56,358 nt of DNA from Minisyncoccota bacterium (GTDB lineage: Bacteria; Patescibacteriota; Minisyncoccia; Phycocordibacterales; Phycocordibacteraceae), in assembly GCA_041664865.1 (NCBI GenBank), contig JBAYJU010000001.1:1-56358 (forward strand). The letters run 5' to 3'. The translations under genes were made by a program, and so were the position numbers. Each line of letters starts with the position of its first letter. The first letter of the stretch is position 1. This document shows, in pieces, positions 45,725 through 55,527 of this stretch. The notes beneath the pieces are model-generated. The model was given only the letters and a program-made list of their open reading frames with translations, was not told where the DNA came from and made no database searches.

Positions 45725-46498
45725 CTATTTGATCTCGTCAATTGGCTCGCGGTATGGGTCTGCAGCATAGGAAGTGATTGGTGCTGATTTTTGAGATTCG
45801 ACACTTGGAATCACTGCAGAAGATTGGGCGCCTGGCATCATACCAGGCAGATTAGACGGGGGCGCAGATGGCTGCAATTTTACTCGTCCACCCACATTCG
45901 AAGCTGCGGCAGGACGCGATAGGGACGGTATCTTATTGATCTCCATATGAGGCTCTTCGTGATCTTCTAACAGCTTGCTGGCATCGAGAGAGCCTGGCTT
46001 CGCGAGCGCTGCGCGCACGACATCACCTAGAGTCCCTACCGAGCGAGTAGGCATCACAACCTTTGGTGGCAACGGTGCGATGTGCGGAGGGGCGATTTTA
46101 TTCACCAAATGGAAATGGCTCGTTGATGGCTGAATTTGAGGTTCGACCTTGGGAATTTCGGGCGAAGGTCGAACCTCGGGTACGGTCGGCCCATTCTCCT
46201 CCTCTTTGCGAAGTGGGACGAAAATCTTCTGATTGATTTCAGACATAATATCGCGTGCATCTTTGTCTGAAATGCCAGACGCAATCAGTTCTTTGAAGAA
46301 ATCCTCAGGCCCAATAAGCCCAAGAAGGGTCTGCACATTCAATTCTGCAATCAATCCAATTTGGTCGATATGTAATTGAAATTTAGCTCCCAAACCTGAA
46401 ATGGTCGATACAATCAGGTCAGATGATAAGGCTTCCTGGATTGGAAGAGGTACTTTCTTGCTTGCGTCTAACAATTCCTGAGTCGAGTAATGTTTCAT
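45725..46498 (-). CDS. Hypothetical protein: helical N-terminal domain plus Pro-rich C-terminal half (4th gene of the unknown operon)
   Basis: ORF track. Its start lies 3 nt after the stop of the upstream gene. No motif recognised. Confidence 0.6.
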   Translation of the reverse strand: MKHYSTQELLDASKKVPLPIQEALSSDLIVSTISGLGAKFQLHIDQIGLIAELNVQTLLGLIGPEDFFKELIASGISDKDARDIMSEINQKIFVPLRKEEENGPTVPEVRPSPEIPKVEPQIQPSTSHFHLVNKIAPPHIAPLPPKVVMPTRSVGTLGDVVRAALAKPGSLDASKLLEDHEEPHMEINKIPSLSRPAAASNVGGRVKLQPSAPPSNLPGMMPGAQSSAVIPSVESQKSAPITSYAADPYREPIDEIK

Positions 46499-46501
46499 AA
46501 G

Positions 46502-48616
46502 CTATGGAAGATTGTAATAGGCTCTGAAAGCAGGAGCAGCGGAAGCGACGGTTAGATTCGCAGGGGCCGGAACACCAGGATTAGTAAGGACGCCTAATAT
46601 ATAAGTACCCATTGCTGCGCGCTGGGCCGGAGCCAGTTGCCCCCTGCGCTGTATAGCATTGAAATCAGACGCATCAAGTAACGGCATTACATTTGGCTGT
46701 GTGAGTATGTTTCCGCCAAGTTGAGAACGCTGATCGGTTGACATGCCTGCTAGTGTGCCAGCGACATTTGCCGCAGCAAATCTGGGATCGTTTGCACGAG
46801 CTGTTCGAAGCCTAGCCTTGTCATTGTCGCTGATATTTTCGCTTTGTATAAGGGCATCGAAACGATTCTGCGGGAGCAATGCTACTGCTAGAGCATTGTC
46901 TGCTAACAGCCCTACTATTTGACTGCCTTCCGCTTCTTGGTTGCTCATCGAGCCTAATGCCTGTGTTATTTGCTGCGCATTACCTGTTTGGATCGCTTGG
47001 GTGAGACGCGTAATTAACGGTACTCGCGTCTCTCGTTCATATTGGCGATTCGCCTCTCGGCCTGCGCTCCTGAATCCCTCGACTCCTTGGCGAATCTGTC
47101 CAACAGCAGATCTCTCTATTGGGTTCGCTGCAGCACCCGCACCAACCGCCGTAAGTCCAGCTCTTACTCCAGGGATAGCGCGAATATCCATCCGGGCATT
47201 TTCAGCAGGGCGCAATACGCGCGATGCAACACGAGAAACCCGACTATTCGGCGCATATCGCTGAAGCGCTCTGCGAGCACCAAGCGCGCCAGTGTTAAGA
47301 ATGGAGCTCATGCCATACGCAGTAGCTCCAAGCGTAAGCGCCCCTGCAGTCGCGGTGGCCCAGCCGGCGCCAAAGGCAGACATGCTCCTCGCTTTGATGA
47401 CAACTACCATCAAGAGCCCCATTGCCACAAGGAAGGAGAGCAGCATACCCGCAAAGCCAGTGATGTCTCCACTATCAAGCCCGAGCCATCCGTTTGAAGA
47501 CGAGTTAAATCCTGTTAGGAACTGTGCATCTGTGATGACAGTGAGCGCCACATAGAGCAGAAGGAGTAGGACTGGCGCTGTAATTATCTGTTGTAGAAAA
47601 TTTTTCCACCACTGACCTGCCCGATACTGCATCAGCGGCAACGCCCACCCCGTAAAACCGATTGGGGAGAGAAGTATGAAGAATATCAACGAGACGAAAC
47701 GCGCTATGAGTATGAACGAGAGCGAAAACAAGACGAACGCAGTAATCATGAAAAGTATGATACCCATGAAACCGACGAACCAAGTGTGTCCTCCATCTAG
47801 AGCTTTCGGGTTCTTGTTCACATCATAAATGGTCTGGAGTCCAAGCTGACCCATGATTGCGTTAGAGATAGGCTCATTAGCTGTATTTAAATTGACTCCG
47901 TTTATAGCTAGCCCTGTCCCACCTGTTCCTGTCATCGTCGGAAGAGCTCCGCCGCTAATCTGCGTGTAAAACTGCGTTGCGATGAGGTTTGTGCCGTCAA
48001 TCATCGCTTCGCATATGAAGAGAGAGAAGTTGATGAGTACAGCAGCAATGACAAGCTTCGGGAGCAGTTGCTTGGCACTGCCATACCAATCCACGTTCAG
48101 GATGGTTGTGATGCCTATGGCGAGGAATCCGAATATGAGCATGATATTCGCAGCATCACGTATGATGCGCCACGCTACGCCGACGGCGGCGATGTCTTTC
48201 ACATAGTTCCCCATCGTGACGACTGTGTAATACACCACATAATCAAGCAGAAGCGCAGCCACGCCGACGAGCCATGCAAATAGGCTCATGATCCATGTCA
48301 TGACCGTGCCCATCTGGGAAGCAGTGTCTCCTCCAAGATTTGGATCATTTGGTGCTGTTGAGCCTGGGGCCGGCAAGATAGTGACTGTCGAAGCGGATTG
48401 CGCAGTAGCACCTGCACCAGTAATCGGAGATGGCGTATAGTAGGAAGATACGTCTGGTGTGCTCGCTGAAGCGGCTCCTGCTTCCGGAGTAACGTAATTG
48501 GTCGGCTGTGTCTGAGCCGTCATGTTGAAATCCTGAGCATGCGCGACGGGCGCAGCTCCCATCGCGCATATCATGAGCGCGAGTGCTACGAATGAGGCTG
48601 AGATGAAGCGCCGCAT
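46502..48616 (-). CDS. Polytopic membrane protein (~8 TM, signal peptide, ~290-aa hydrophilic C-terminal tail); VirB6/TrbL-like topology only
   Basis: Start at ATG 48614-48616 (MRRFISASFVALALMICAMGAAPVAHA), 4 nt after the upstream stop. Hydrophobic segments read from the translation. Confidence 0.65.
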   Translation of the reverse strand: MRRFISASFVALALMICAMGAAPVAHAQDFNMTAQTQPTNYVTPEAGAASASTPDVSSYYTPSPITGAGATAQSASTVTILPAPGSTAPNDPNLGGDTASQMGTVMTWIMSLFAWLVGVAALLLDYVVYYTVVTMGNYVKDIAAVGVAWRIIRDAANIMLIFGFLAIGITTILNVDWYGSAKQLLPKLVIAAVLINFSLFICEAMIDGTNLIATQFYTQISGGALPTMTGTGGTGLAINGVNLNTANEPISNAIMGQLGLQTIYDVNKNPKALDGGHTWFVGFMGIILFMITAFVLFSLSFILIARFVSLIFFILLSPIGFTGWALPLMQYRAGQWWKNFLQQIITAPVLLLLLYVALTVITDAQFLTGFNSSSNGWLGLDSGDITGFAGMLLSFLVAMGLLMVVVIKARSMSAFGAGWATATAGALTLGATAYGMSSILNTGALGARRALQRYAPNSRVSRVASRVLRPAENARMDIRAIPGVRAGLTAVGAGAAANPIERSAVGQIRQGVEGFRSAGREANRQYERETRVPLITRLTQAIQTGNAQQITQALGSMSNQEAEGSQIVGLLADNALAVALLPQNRFDALIQSENISDNDKARLRTARANDPRFAAANVAGTLAGMSTDQRSQLGGNILTQPNVMPLLDASDFNAIQRRGQLAPAQRAAMGTYILGVLTNPGVPAPANLTVASAAPAFRAYYNLP

Positions 48617-48620
48617 AATA

Positions 48621-50423
48621 TCAATTACCGATATTCCAGAACATACTCGGATGATACGTACAAACAGACGTCTTAAGCGCCTGCGCATTTGTACTGATGA
48701 GATTCATACGATCTATAATGGTGGCAGAATTGTCTGCAGTAACCTTAAGTGAACCTGGTGGTGTTGCGACCGCCGAATTAAACACTTCCGCGCTTATCAG
48801 TGCGTCTGCTATGTCAGACTGCGTAGGTGGCATAAGCTGAAGCGCCTGCAAGTCGGCGACATATGCATCACTACCGGAACTTAAGTCAGTTTGCACTTTC
48901 TGAGCCATCATGATTGTCGATGCAAACTTCTCAGGTGCCGTGTTAGCGGTAGCCTGCGAGATTATCGGAGCAATCTCGGTCGCTAGTACAGATGGAGTCT
49001 CTGCAGCTTGCGCGAGTGCTTTGGATACAAAGATGGAGTGTGCATCTCCTGACTCGTCATTCCAAGATGGAGACCATGGAGCATTGGCGGCGGCTGTGCA
49101 GAATGTGGCGAGAGACGTAACGCTGGTCGATGCGGTATTCGCCGCGACCAAGATCGTGTTCCATGCAGCCTTGTATTTATTGACTCTATCAACCACACTA
49201 GCTCCAGTAACCAATTCGTTAGTATCGGATGCAGACGCCGATTGTACGACGCCAGACTCACTGAGACCCATAGTGGACATGTCTTGCAGCTGCGAAAGTG
49301 CCTCTGACGAACCAGAAGGTGAAGGTGCTCCCGCAGATATCAAGCCACCTGAACTGCCGCCGCCGAGAAGCTGGCCAGCGAAGTTTACAGTATTAAAGAC
49401 TGTCGCGATATTTCCCAATATGCCATTGATCTGCCCACTGACGTCGCCCATACGGACTATCTGGTCTTGCTGAGCGCCAAGCACCTTGTCGAGCGTCGCC
49501 TTGATAAGCGATCCTGGAGTTTGAATAGAGCCAGGCGTACCATCACTCTTCATACAAGGATCTCCCGGGTTAATACCACCACCAGGAAGAGCCAGTGCCG
49601 TACCAGCTGGCGCAGGAGCCGCAACTCCCACTGGGATACCGTCGTTTAGCGTACCGGTCGCACCGCACCAAGATAAGAATCCTTGACCCCAGCTAAGCTG
49701 CGCCGCGCGTGCGCCGGTTACACCTCCTACACCGGGGCCAATGACCGTGCCGAGACGATTCTTAGCATTACTGTAGAGCATGTATGGGTTGTTCTGTGTC
49801 TGAGTGGTGAGTGCGAACCATGCTCCAACACCACCCTGCGACCAGTCACCCGCGAGATATGCCGGCACGTTTTGAGACGATCTTTCAAGTGTGCACATAT
49901 TCGCCGCCCAGAATCCCTCAAGACTCGACCCGGTGAGATAGTCGGTACTAAGTGCTGACGCGATCGATCCTGAGAATGGAGATCCCGTGTTCCCTATCTG
50001 TTTTAGGTATGCGAGCGCAGCGCCATCTGAGACTCCACGGACAGACTTCTGCACATCAAGCACAAACTGCGGTATGCCCGTGCCGTTTGCCTTACCTATG
50101 ACATAGGCGATTACACCAGCGGTCATCATCTTAATCAGCTTCCCTGACATGATAAATGCGAGTGGCTTGAGGATGTAATTCATGACCCAGTCTGCATTCG
50201 CCGCCCACGCGCTCGTATGGGCGCTCACCTGTATTAGGGTAGTCCTTATTGCCGTAATAGTGGTCTCGAGAGTCCTCTTAATGCTCGTTGGTGAAGAGTC
50301 GCCCACTATTTGTACAGCATATTGAGCGTGCACCCGTTGCGGCACTATGAGAAACGCTGATGGCGCCACGACAGCCCACATAAGAAATATCGCGAGAGCC
50401 GAGGTGAGACGCCTAGTGTTCAT
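48621..50423 (-). CDS. Hypothetical secreted / membrane-associated protein, 600 aa, Gly/Ala/Ser/Thr-rich
   Basis: Signal-peptide-like MNTRRLTSALAIFLMWAVVAPSAFLIVPQRVHA. ATGA overlap with the upstream gene. Confidence 0.65.
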   Translation of the reverse strand: MNTRRLTSALAIFLMWAVVAPSAFLIVPQRVHAQYAVQIVGDSSPTSIKRTLETTITAIRTTLIQVSAHTSAWAANADWVMNYILKPLAFIMSGKLIKMMTAGVIAYVIGKANGTGIPQFVLDVQKSVRGVSDGAALAYLKQIGNTGSPFSGSIASALSTDYLTGSSLEGFWAANMCTLERSSQNVPAYLAGDWSQGGVGAWFALTTQTQNNPYMLYSNAKNRLGTVIGPGVGGVTGARAAQLSWGQGFLSWCGATGTLNDGIPVGVAAPAPAGTALALPGGGINPGDPCMKSDGTPGSIQTPGSLIKATLDKVLGAQQDQIVRMGDVSGQINGILGNIATVFNTVNFAGQLLGGGSSGGLISAGAPSPSGSSEALSQLQDMSTMGLSESGVVQSASASDTNELVTGASVVDRVNKYKAAWNTILVAANTASTSVTSLATFCTAAANAPWSPSWNDESGDAHSIFVSKALAQAAETPSVLATEIAPIISQATANTAPEKFASTIMMAQKVQTDLSSGSDAYVADLQALQLMPPTQSDIADALISAEVFNSAVATPPGSLKVTADNSATIIDRMNLISTNAQALKTSVCTYHPSMFWNIGN

Positions 50424-51460
50424 GGATTCTTGGTGGCCGTTTGCTTGGCGGCATTGACCTCCGAAATCATATTCACGAATGACGCGCCCTCCACACCCTT
50501 TGGGAGAGTGACATTGGCAGTTGCATACACTTTGCCAATGGCGACGAATGCCTCACCAAGCGCCGCAGTCACCTGGCCATATTGCTGCACAGCGAGTATC
50601 GCCGTGAGCGGGTCAGTATCCACGCGCGTGAAGTCGGCATCTATTTCACTCAAACGCATGAGAGTGTTTATGAGCGCCAAATCAGCCGTGGCCAGCTCTT
50701 TCGGCACAGAGAGCGCAGCAAGACCAGCGGCAGAGCCCCGATACATCTTCGCTATCGAGGCGATATGCCCCATCGCCGCAGTATCATTATTCTCAAGTGC
50801 GGCCTTGAGGTAGTTGATATCGGTATCCGTTGCGTCACTCGTATTCTTGAGGAGCACCGCCTCTGCACTCGCGGCAAACTTTTTTAGAGCCTCTGCGCCA
50901 GAGCCTGAGACTGTCAGATCTGAAGCTGATTTGAAGTCTGACGCTGGCTTGATAGACGAGGATAGTTGGCTTATCGCTTGTGTTGCTACATTCTGCAAAT
51001 CAGTCTCAGAAAGACCAGCACTCCCAGCGTTCTGATTTGCTGTTAGATAGAGTGAGAAGAAGCTCTGTGCGAATTGCGCAGTGAGCGTCCCGTCCGCAGG
51101 AGCTTGCGGGAGACCTGCTGCATCAAAAGAGGTTGGGGACGATGTCGCTATCGGCACATTCGCAATCGCCTTAGGCACGATTAGTCCCTGCGCGACTGCA
51201 GCACCATCGGTCATACCGAGCTTGAAAGTATCTACGACATGCGAATCAGTGCCATAGAGCGCCTCTTCCCAGTCAGGGAGACCATCACTGTCGGAATCTT
51301 TCTTCGCGATAGCCTGTAGGAGTGCACTCTCATCTGATGCTTGTGCCACTTGCGGAGACTCTACGCCTCGAGCGAACATAAATGCACCGACGACAAGCAC
51401 TATCGAGAACAGTGTCGCTGCTATGACCTGCCAGTGTCTAGAAATTTTCCCCCACATCAC
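50420..51460 (-). CDS. Membrane-anchored protein with a thrombospondin-type-3-like Ca-binding motif
   Basis: N-terminal TM helix (VIAATLFSIVLVVGAFMFA) and DSDSDGLPDWEEALYGTD. First gene of the four-gene operon. Confidence 0.6.
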   Translation of the reverse strand: MMWGKISRHWQVIAATLFSIVLVVGAFMFARGVESPQVAQASDESALLQAIAKKDSDSDGLPDWEEALYGTDSHVVDTFKLGMTDGAAVAQGLIVPKAIANVPIATSSPTSFDAAGLPQAPADGTLTAQFAQSFFSLYLTANQNAGSAGLSETDLQNVATQAISQLSSSIKPASDFKSASDLTVSGSGAEALKKFAASAEAVLLKNTSDATDTDINYLKAALENNDTAAMGHIASIAKMYRGSAAGLAALSVPKELATADLALINTLMRLSEIDADFTRVDTDPLTAILAVQQYGQVTAALGEAFVAIGKVYATANVTLPKGVEGASFVNMISEVNAAKQTATKNP

Positions 51461-51511
51461 TCATTAGTATATCACCACTACTCTTACACGAGAGATGCTA
51501 TTGGTGATATG

Positions 51512-52255
51512 TCAGCATAGTGAAAGCCAGTCCGAGAGTGTCAGATCCTCGGCACGAGCTTTCTCAGGTATATCGCCACTTGGAAGTCCTACTTCCAAGA
51601 GATTGTTACGCACGAATTTGCGCTTATGCGCGAAGCCAGCATGCAAGAGCGCGAAAAACTTTTTTTCTTCTTCGGTAGTCGTGAAATTATGTCGTGAAAT
51701 GCCGCGGACAGTGAGCACTGCCGAGTCTACATTCGGCGCAGGACGAAATGCGCCTCGTGGAACTGTGAACTCATACTTCGGGGTGCCATACGCCTTCACG
51801 GAGAGCGAGAGTATGGATTCTTTTTTTGACCGTGCGATGCGCTCAGCGACTTCTTTCTGCACCAGGAGCGTCATAGCGCCAGGCTGATTTGTCGCAGTGA
51901 GAAACATCCTGAATATCTCGCCAGTGAGGTAGTATGGGATATTGGCGACGAGCACGTAACCATTCGGAAGTGAGGCAATATCGAAAGTGCGAATGTCTCC
52001 GTGATTGAGCTCGAGCTGGCCGGTCGCGATTTCGCTTACGAAATCGTCCTGCAATTTTTCAAAAAGCTCATAGTCTGCCTCTAGAGCAACCACTTTTCTA
52101 GCAACCTTGAGTAGTTCTCGAGTGAGCATGCCGGTGCCAGGGCCTATTTCGAACACGACAGAGTCGCTCGTGAGCCCAGCAACCATCGCGATGCGCTCAG
52201 CAATGCGCGCATGCATCAAGAAATTCTGCCCTAGTGATTTCTTAGCGAGTGTCAT
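51512..52255 (-). CDS. rsmA: 16S rRNA (adenine1518/1519-N6)-dimethyltransferase RsmA/KsgA
   Basis: ..KKSLGQNFL.. and the SAM motif VFEIGPGTGMLT. Confidence 0.9.
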   Translation of the reverse strand: MTLAKKSLGQNFLMHARIAERIAMVAGLTSDSVVFEIGPGTGMLTRELLKVARKVVALEADYELFEKLQDDFVSEIATGQLELNHGDIRTFDIASLPNGYVLVANIPYYLTGEIFRMFLTATNQPGAMTLLVQKEVAERIARSKKESILSLSVKAYGTPKYEFTVPRGAFRPAPNVDSAVLTVRGISRHNFTTTEEEKKFFALLHAGFAHKRKFVRNNLLEVGLPSGDIPEKARAEDLTLSDWLSLC

Positions 52256-52257
52256 AT

Positions 52258-54240
52258 TTATATAATATACATATCATCATCCAATAGAGACCTGGCTCGA
52301 TCACGGGCGGAAATGAAAGAGTCAGTCTCGTCATATAGCAAAAGCGAGTTGTCTATGTCGGCTAGGAATGACGACGGCTCTGCGAAAGTATCCGCACCAT
52401 AGATCTTGCGCACGCGCGCAAGTGTGAGGAAAAGTCGCGTTTTGGCGCGAGTAACCGCCACGTAGAAGAGCCGCCGCTCCTCTTCGTCATCTCGCTTGCC
52501 ATCGCCCATTGCAGAGTGCGGGAAGAGTCCCTCCTCCATTCCCGTCACGAATACTGTGTCGAACTCAAGCCCTTTTGCCGCATGCACCGTCATTAGTGTA
52601 ACGCCTGTCTTCTCACCCTGATCGAGCTCGTCCTGGTCGCTAGCGAGAGCCGCTTCAGCGAGGAAAAGCGAAATGCTTTCTTTGCCAGGATTGGCGTCAT
52701 AACGCGCCGCAACCGAGGCAAGCTCTTCTATATTCTCGAAACGCTCTCTATCTTCTTCTGTACCCTCATCTACAAGCGCTCGCCGCATCCCACTCTTCTC
52801 GATGACTAGCTTTACGAATTCAGACGGAACGCATGCGTCTGCCGCATCGGCAAGCTCCTCGATGACACGCTCGAATTGCTCGACCTTTGCTAGGTTTGCA
52901 GGGCCAAGCGTCGAGCGCTGTCCTGCAGCGAGCTTGCCGAGAGTGACCGCGCCGATGCCACGCGGCGGCGAAGCCGCCGCGCGTATCTTATCGACCTCTC
53001 GCGTAGGATCCATAGCGAGTCGCATCCACGCGAGAGCGTCTTTCACTTCTTTGCGCCCGAAAAAGCGAGTTCCGAGGAGCTTGTATGGCACGCCAGCATG
53101 AAGAAGGCCTTCCTCGAGCGCACGTGATTGGAAGTTGGTGCGGAAGAGTATCGCTATCTCCTCTGGTCGCGTGCCATTCTTGACCAATTCCTTGATTTTC
53201 TGAGCTACCCAGCGCGCCTCGCCCTCGGCGCTCCCTGCGATATGCATGACAATCGGCTCGCCAGCACCCTGCTCCGTCGTCGAGCGCTTATCCTTGCGGT
53301 TCTTGTTCTTCGCGATAATCGCATTCGCAGCATCGACCAGGTTCTTCGTCGAACGATAGTTACGTTCCAGGATTACTGTCTGCGCCTCTGGGTACTTCTT
53401 ATCGAAGTTCAATATGTTCTCCATTTTTGCCCCTCTCCATCCGTATATTGCCTGATCTCCATCTCCCACAACGAAAAGATTACGATGTTTTTCTGCAAGA
53501 AAACCTGCCAGCCGCTCCTGTAATCCATTCGTATCCTGATATTCATCTATATGAATGTACTGCCACCGCTTCTGAGCAGCTTCGAGAACTTCTGGATGTT
53601 CCTCCAGAAGCCTAACCGGCTCTGCTATGAGATCGTCGAAGTCGAGCGCCTTTTCCGCCTTAAGTGTTTTCTCATAACGGAGCCATACATCTGCTACGAT
53701 GCGGCCACCGAAGCTCGACCGGCCGTATTTCTCACTGAATTCGCCAGCACGCACACCCTCCCCTTTCGCTCTAGAGATGCGGCCGAGCACGGCACGTGGA
53801 GATAGCTCCTTAGTCGACACATCTAGCGCTTTCAATGCACCAGCAATAGCCTTCTCAGAGTCATCACGGTCATACACACTGAAGAAGCGCGGTATCCCGA
53901 TAACCAATCCATAGCTCTCGAGCAATTCTCTACCTAGACCATGAAAAGTCGCAATGAATGGTATCCCATCGCTTGATGACGCTTGCTGCCCGCAACTTAC
54001 AGCCTCATGAGGAACAGAAAGCATTGCTCGCACCCGCTCGCGCATCTCGCGAGCAGCCTTGTTGGTGAAAGTGACGGCGAGTATCTGGTCTGTTGGCACA
54101 CCAGAGCGTACTAGGTGATAGACACGCGTCGCGAGGACGCGTGTTTTTCCACTCCCAGCTCCCGCGAGCACAGAGACTGGGCCGTCGGTAGCGAGCACCG
54201 CCCGCCTCTGCGCATCATTTAATCCTTCGAGGTATTTCAC
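52258..54240 (-). CDS. pcrA: ATP-dependent DNA helicase, UvrD/PcrA family (GTG start)
   Basis: ..LNDAQRRAV......VLAGAGSGKTRVL.., ..IHIDEYQDTN.., ..LERNYRST.., ..TVHAAKGLEFD.VF... Confidence 0.9.
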   Translation of the reverse strand: MKYLEGLNDAQRRAVLATDGPVSVLAGAGSGKTRVLATRVYHLVRSGVPTDQILAVTFTNKAAREMRERVRAMLSVPHEAVSCGQQASSSDGIPFIATFHGLGRELLESYGLVIGIPRFFSVYDRDDSEKAIAGALKALDVSTKELSPRAVLGRISRAKGEGVRAGEFSEKYGRSSFGGRIVADVWLRYEKTLKAEKALDFDDLIAEPVRLLEEHPEVLEAAQKRWQYIHIDEYQDTNGLQERLAGFLAEKHRNLFVVGDGDQAIYGWRGAKMENILNFDKKYPEAQTVILERNYRSTKNLVDAANAIIAKNKNRKDKRSTTEQGAGEPIVMHIAGSAEGEARWVAQKIKELVKNGTRPEEIAILFRTNFQSRALEEGLLHAGVPYKLLGTRFFGRKEVKDALAWMRLAMDPTREVDKIRAAASPPRGIGAVTLGKLAAGQRSTLGPANLAKVEQFERVIEELADAADACVPSEFVKLVIEKSGMRRALVDEGTEEDRERFENIEELASVAARYDANPGKESISLFLAEAALASDQDELDQGEKTGVTLMTVHAAKGLEFDTVFVTGMEEGLFPHSAMGDGKRDDEEERRLFYVAVTRAKTRLFLTLARVRKIYGADTFAEPSSFLADIDNSLLLYDETDSFISARDRARSLLDDDMYII

Positions 54241-54290
54241 CTATCGAATATACCCCATAAACCGTTCTCCACAGGCATCCCCTGAATGGG

Positions 54291-54318
54291 TTGACTATCA
54301 TCCCTGCTCCGCTATACT
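54291..54318 (+). promoter_or_regulatory. Near-consensus sigma70-like promoter
   Basis: TTGACT (54291-54296), 16-nt spacer, TATACT (54313-54318). Confidence 0.5.
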
Positions 54319-54351
54319 CCGTCTATCGACTGATACGGAAGCATTCAAGAA

Positions 54352-54385
54352 ACAGCTTATATACTCTGTATATAAGCTGTTTTTG
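54352..54385 (+). terminator. Terminator-like hairpin in the leader downstream of the 54291 promoter
   Basis: acagcttatata-ctctg-tatataagctgt (perfect 12 bp) followed by ttttgt. Confidence 0.5.
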
Positions 54386-54648
54386 TACTCGAAAGACCCA
54401 CCGACTCACCACGTTTTTACATTACACCAAACCTTAAATCTCTAATACTCGGGATTGCTTTTGTTGCCCTAGCGGCGACAACCATACCAAACCGCGCGAG
54501 CGCGTTCTGGTTTTTTTCAGTACAAGCAAACGCATCTACTGGTGGACTCACACCAAGCTCAGCAACTCCGACCCTAAAAGCCGCTGTCAATTTCGACCCA
54601 AACCCAGACAAGGGTCTCGGATACGGCATACAGACCAGCGACAATGCC

Positions 54649-55494
54649 ATGATCGCCTACTCAGGCCCTTCTGGCACAATGGCCGACGTCGCAATCTCGA
54701 CTCCTTCTGACCGCATTTCTGTCTATGTCGTGCGCCCAGGCGATACCATTTCTGATATTTCAGACATGTTCGGCGTCTCAGCGAATACCATAATCTGGGC
54801 GAACAATCTAAGTGGTGCGAAGGACGTGCACCCGGGCGATACGCTCGTAATCCTCCCTATCTCAGGCGTTACGCACACCATCGTGAAGGGTGACACGCTC
54901 AAATCTATTGCAAAGAAATATAACGGCGACGCAACTGAAATAGCTCAGTACAATGGCCTCGATTCTGGAGAACCGCTCGATGTCGGATCATCGGTTATTA
55001 TCCCAGGCGGCGACATCACTCCGATAAAAGCGGTCACCCCAAAGAAAAACATATCTAGCTCCAGCAAAATCACGAGTGAGCCATACCTAGGCGGTAGCGG
55101 CTCTGCCCAGTCTGGATTCTATATAAACCCAGTCCCAGGCGCGCTACTCACACAAGGCATTCACGGATGGAACTCTGTAGACCTTGGTGCAGCTCGTGGC
55201 ACACCAATACGTGCCGCTGCTACTGGCACCATCATCATCGCGAGAAATAACGGCGCGTGGAACGGCGGGTACGGAAATTACGTCGTAATCACACACAGCA
55301 ATGGCTCACAGACGCTCTATGCGCACATGACCAGAACGACAGTATCCGCAGGACAATACGTATCCGCAGGACAGATCATCGGATACGTCGGCTCGACCGG
55401 CAAATCAACCGGCTCACATCTCCACTTCGAAGTCCGCGGTGCCGCAAACCCCCTACGCAGCTGTCGAGCCGGCTCGGTCTGCTCGGCGCAATAA
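54649..55494 (+). CDS. LysM-domain M23 metallopeptidase (ORF probably extends upstream to about 54421 with a non-canonical start)
   Basis: Two LysM repeats (YVVRPGDTISDISDMFGVSANTIIWANNL; HTIVKGDTLKSIAKKYNGDATEIAQYNGL). M23 motifs ..HGWNSVDL.., ..GYGNYVVITH.., ..GSTGKSTGSHLHFEV... Confidence 0.85.
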   Translation: MIAYSGPSGTMADVAISTPSDRISVYVVRPGDTISDISDMFGVSANTIIWANNLSGAKDVHPGDTLVILPISGVTHTIVKGDTLKSIAKKYNGDATEIAQYNGLDSGEPLDVGSSVIIPGGDITPIKAVTPKKNISSSSKITSEPYLGGSGSAQSGFYINPVPGALLTQGIHGWNSVDLGAARGTPIRAAATGTIIIARNNGAWNGGYGNYVVITHSNGSQTLYAHMTRTTVSAGQYVSAGQIIGYVGSTGKSTGSHLHFEVRGAANPLRSCRAGSVCSAQ

Positions 55495-55527
55495 GCTCGC
55501 AATCCGACCCGGCTCTCTTAGTAGCAA

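Noticed and set aside
45725-51460. Calling the four-gene operon a type IV secretion or conjugation system.
   Set aside because: Only a topology resemblance of one protein to VirB6/TrbL exists. No VirB4 or VirD4 ATPase, relaxase, pilin or lytic transglycosylase lies in or near the operon. I kept it as an unknown envelope module.
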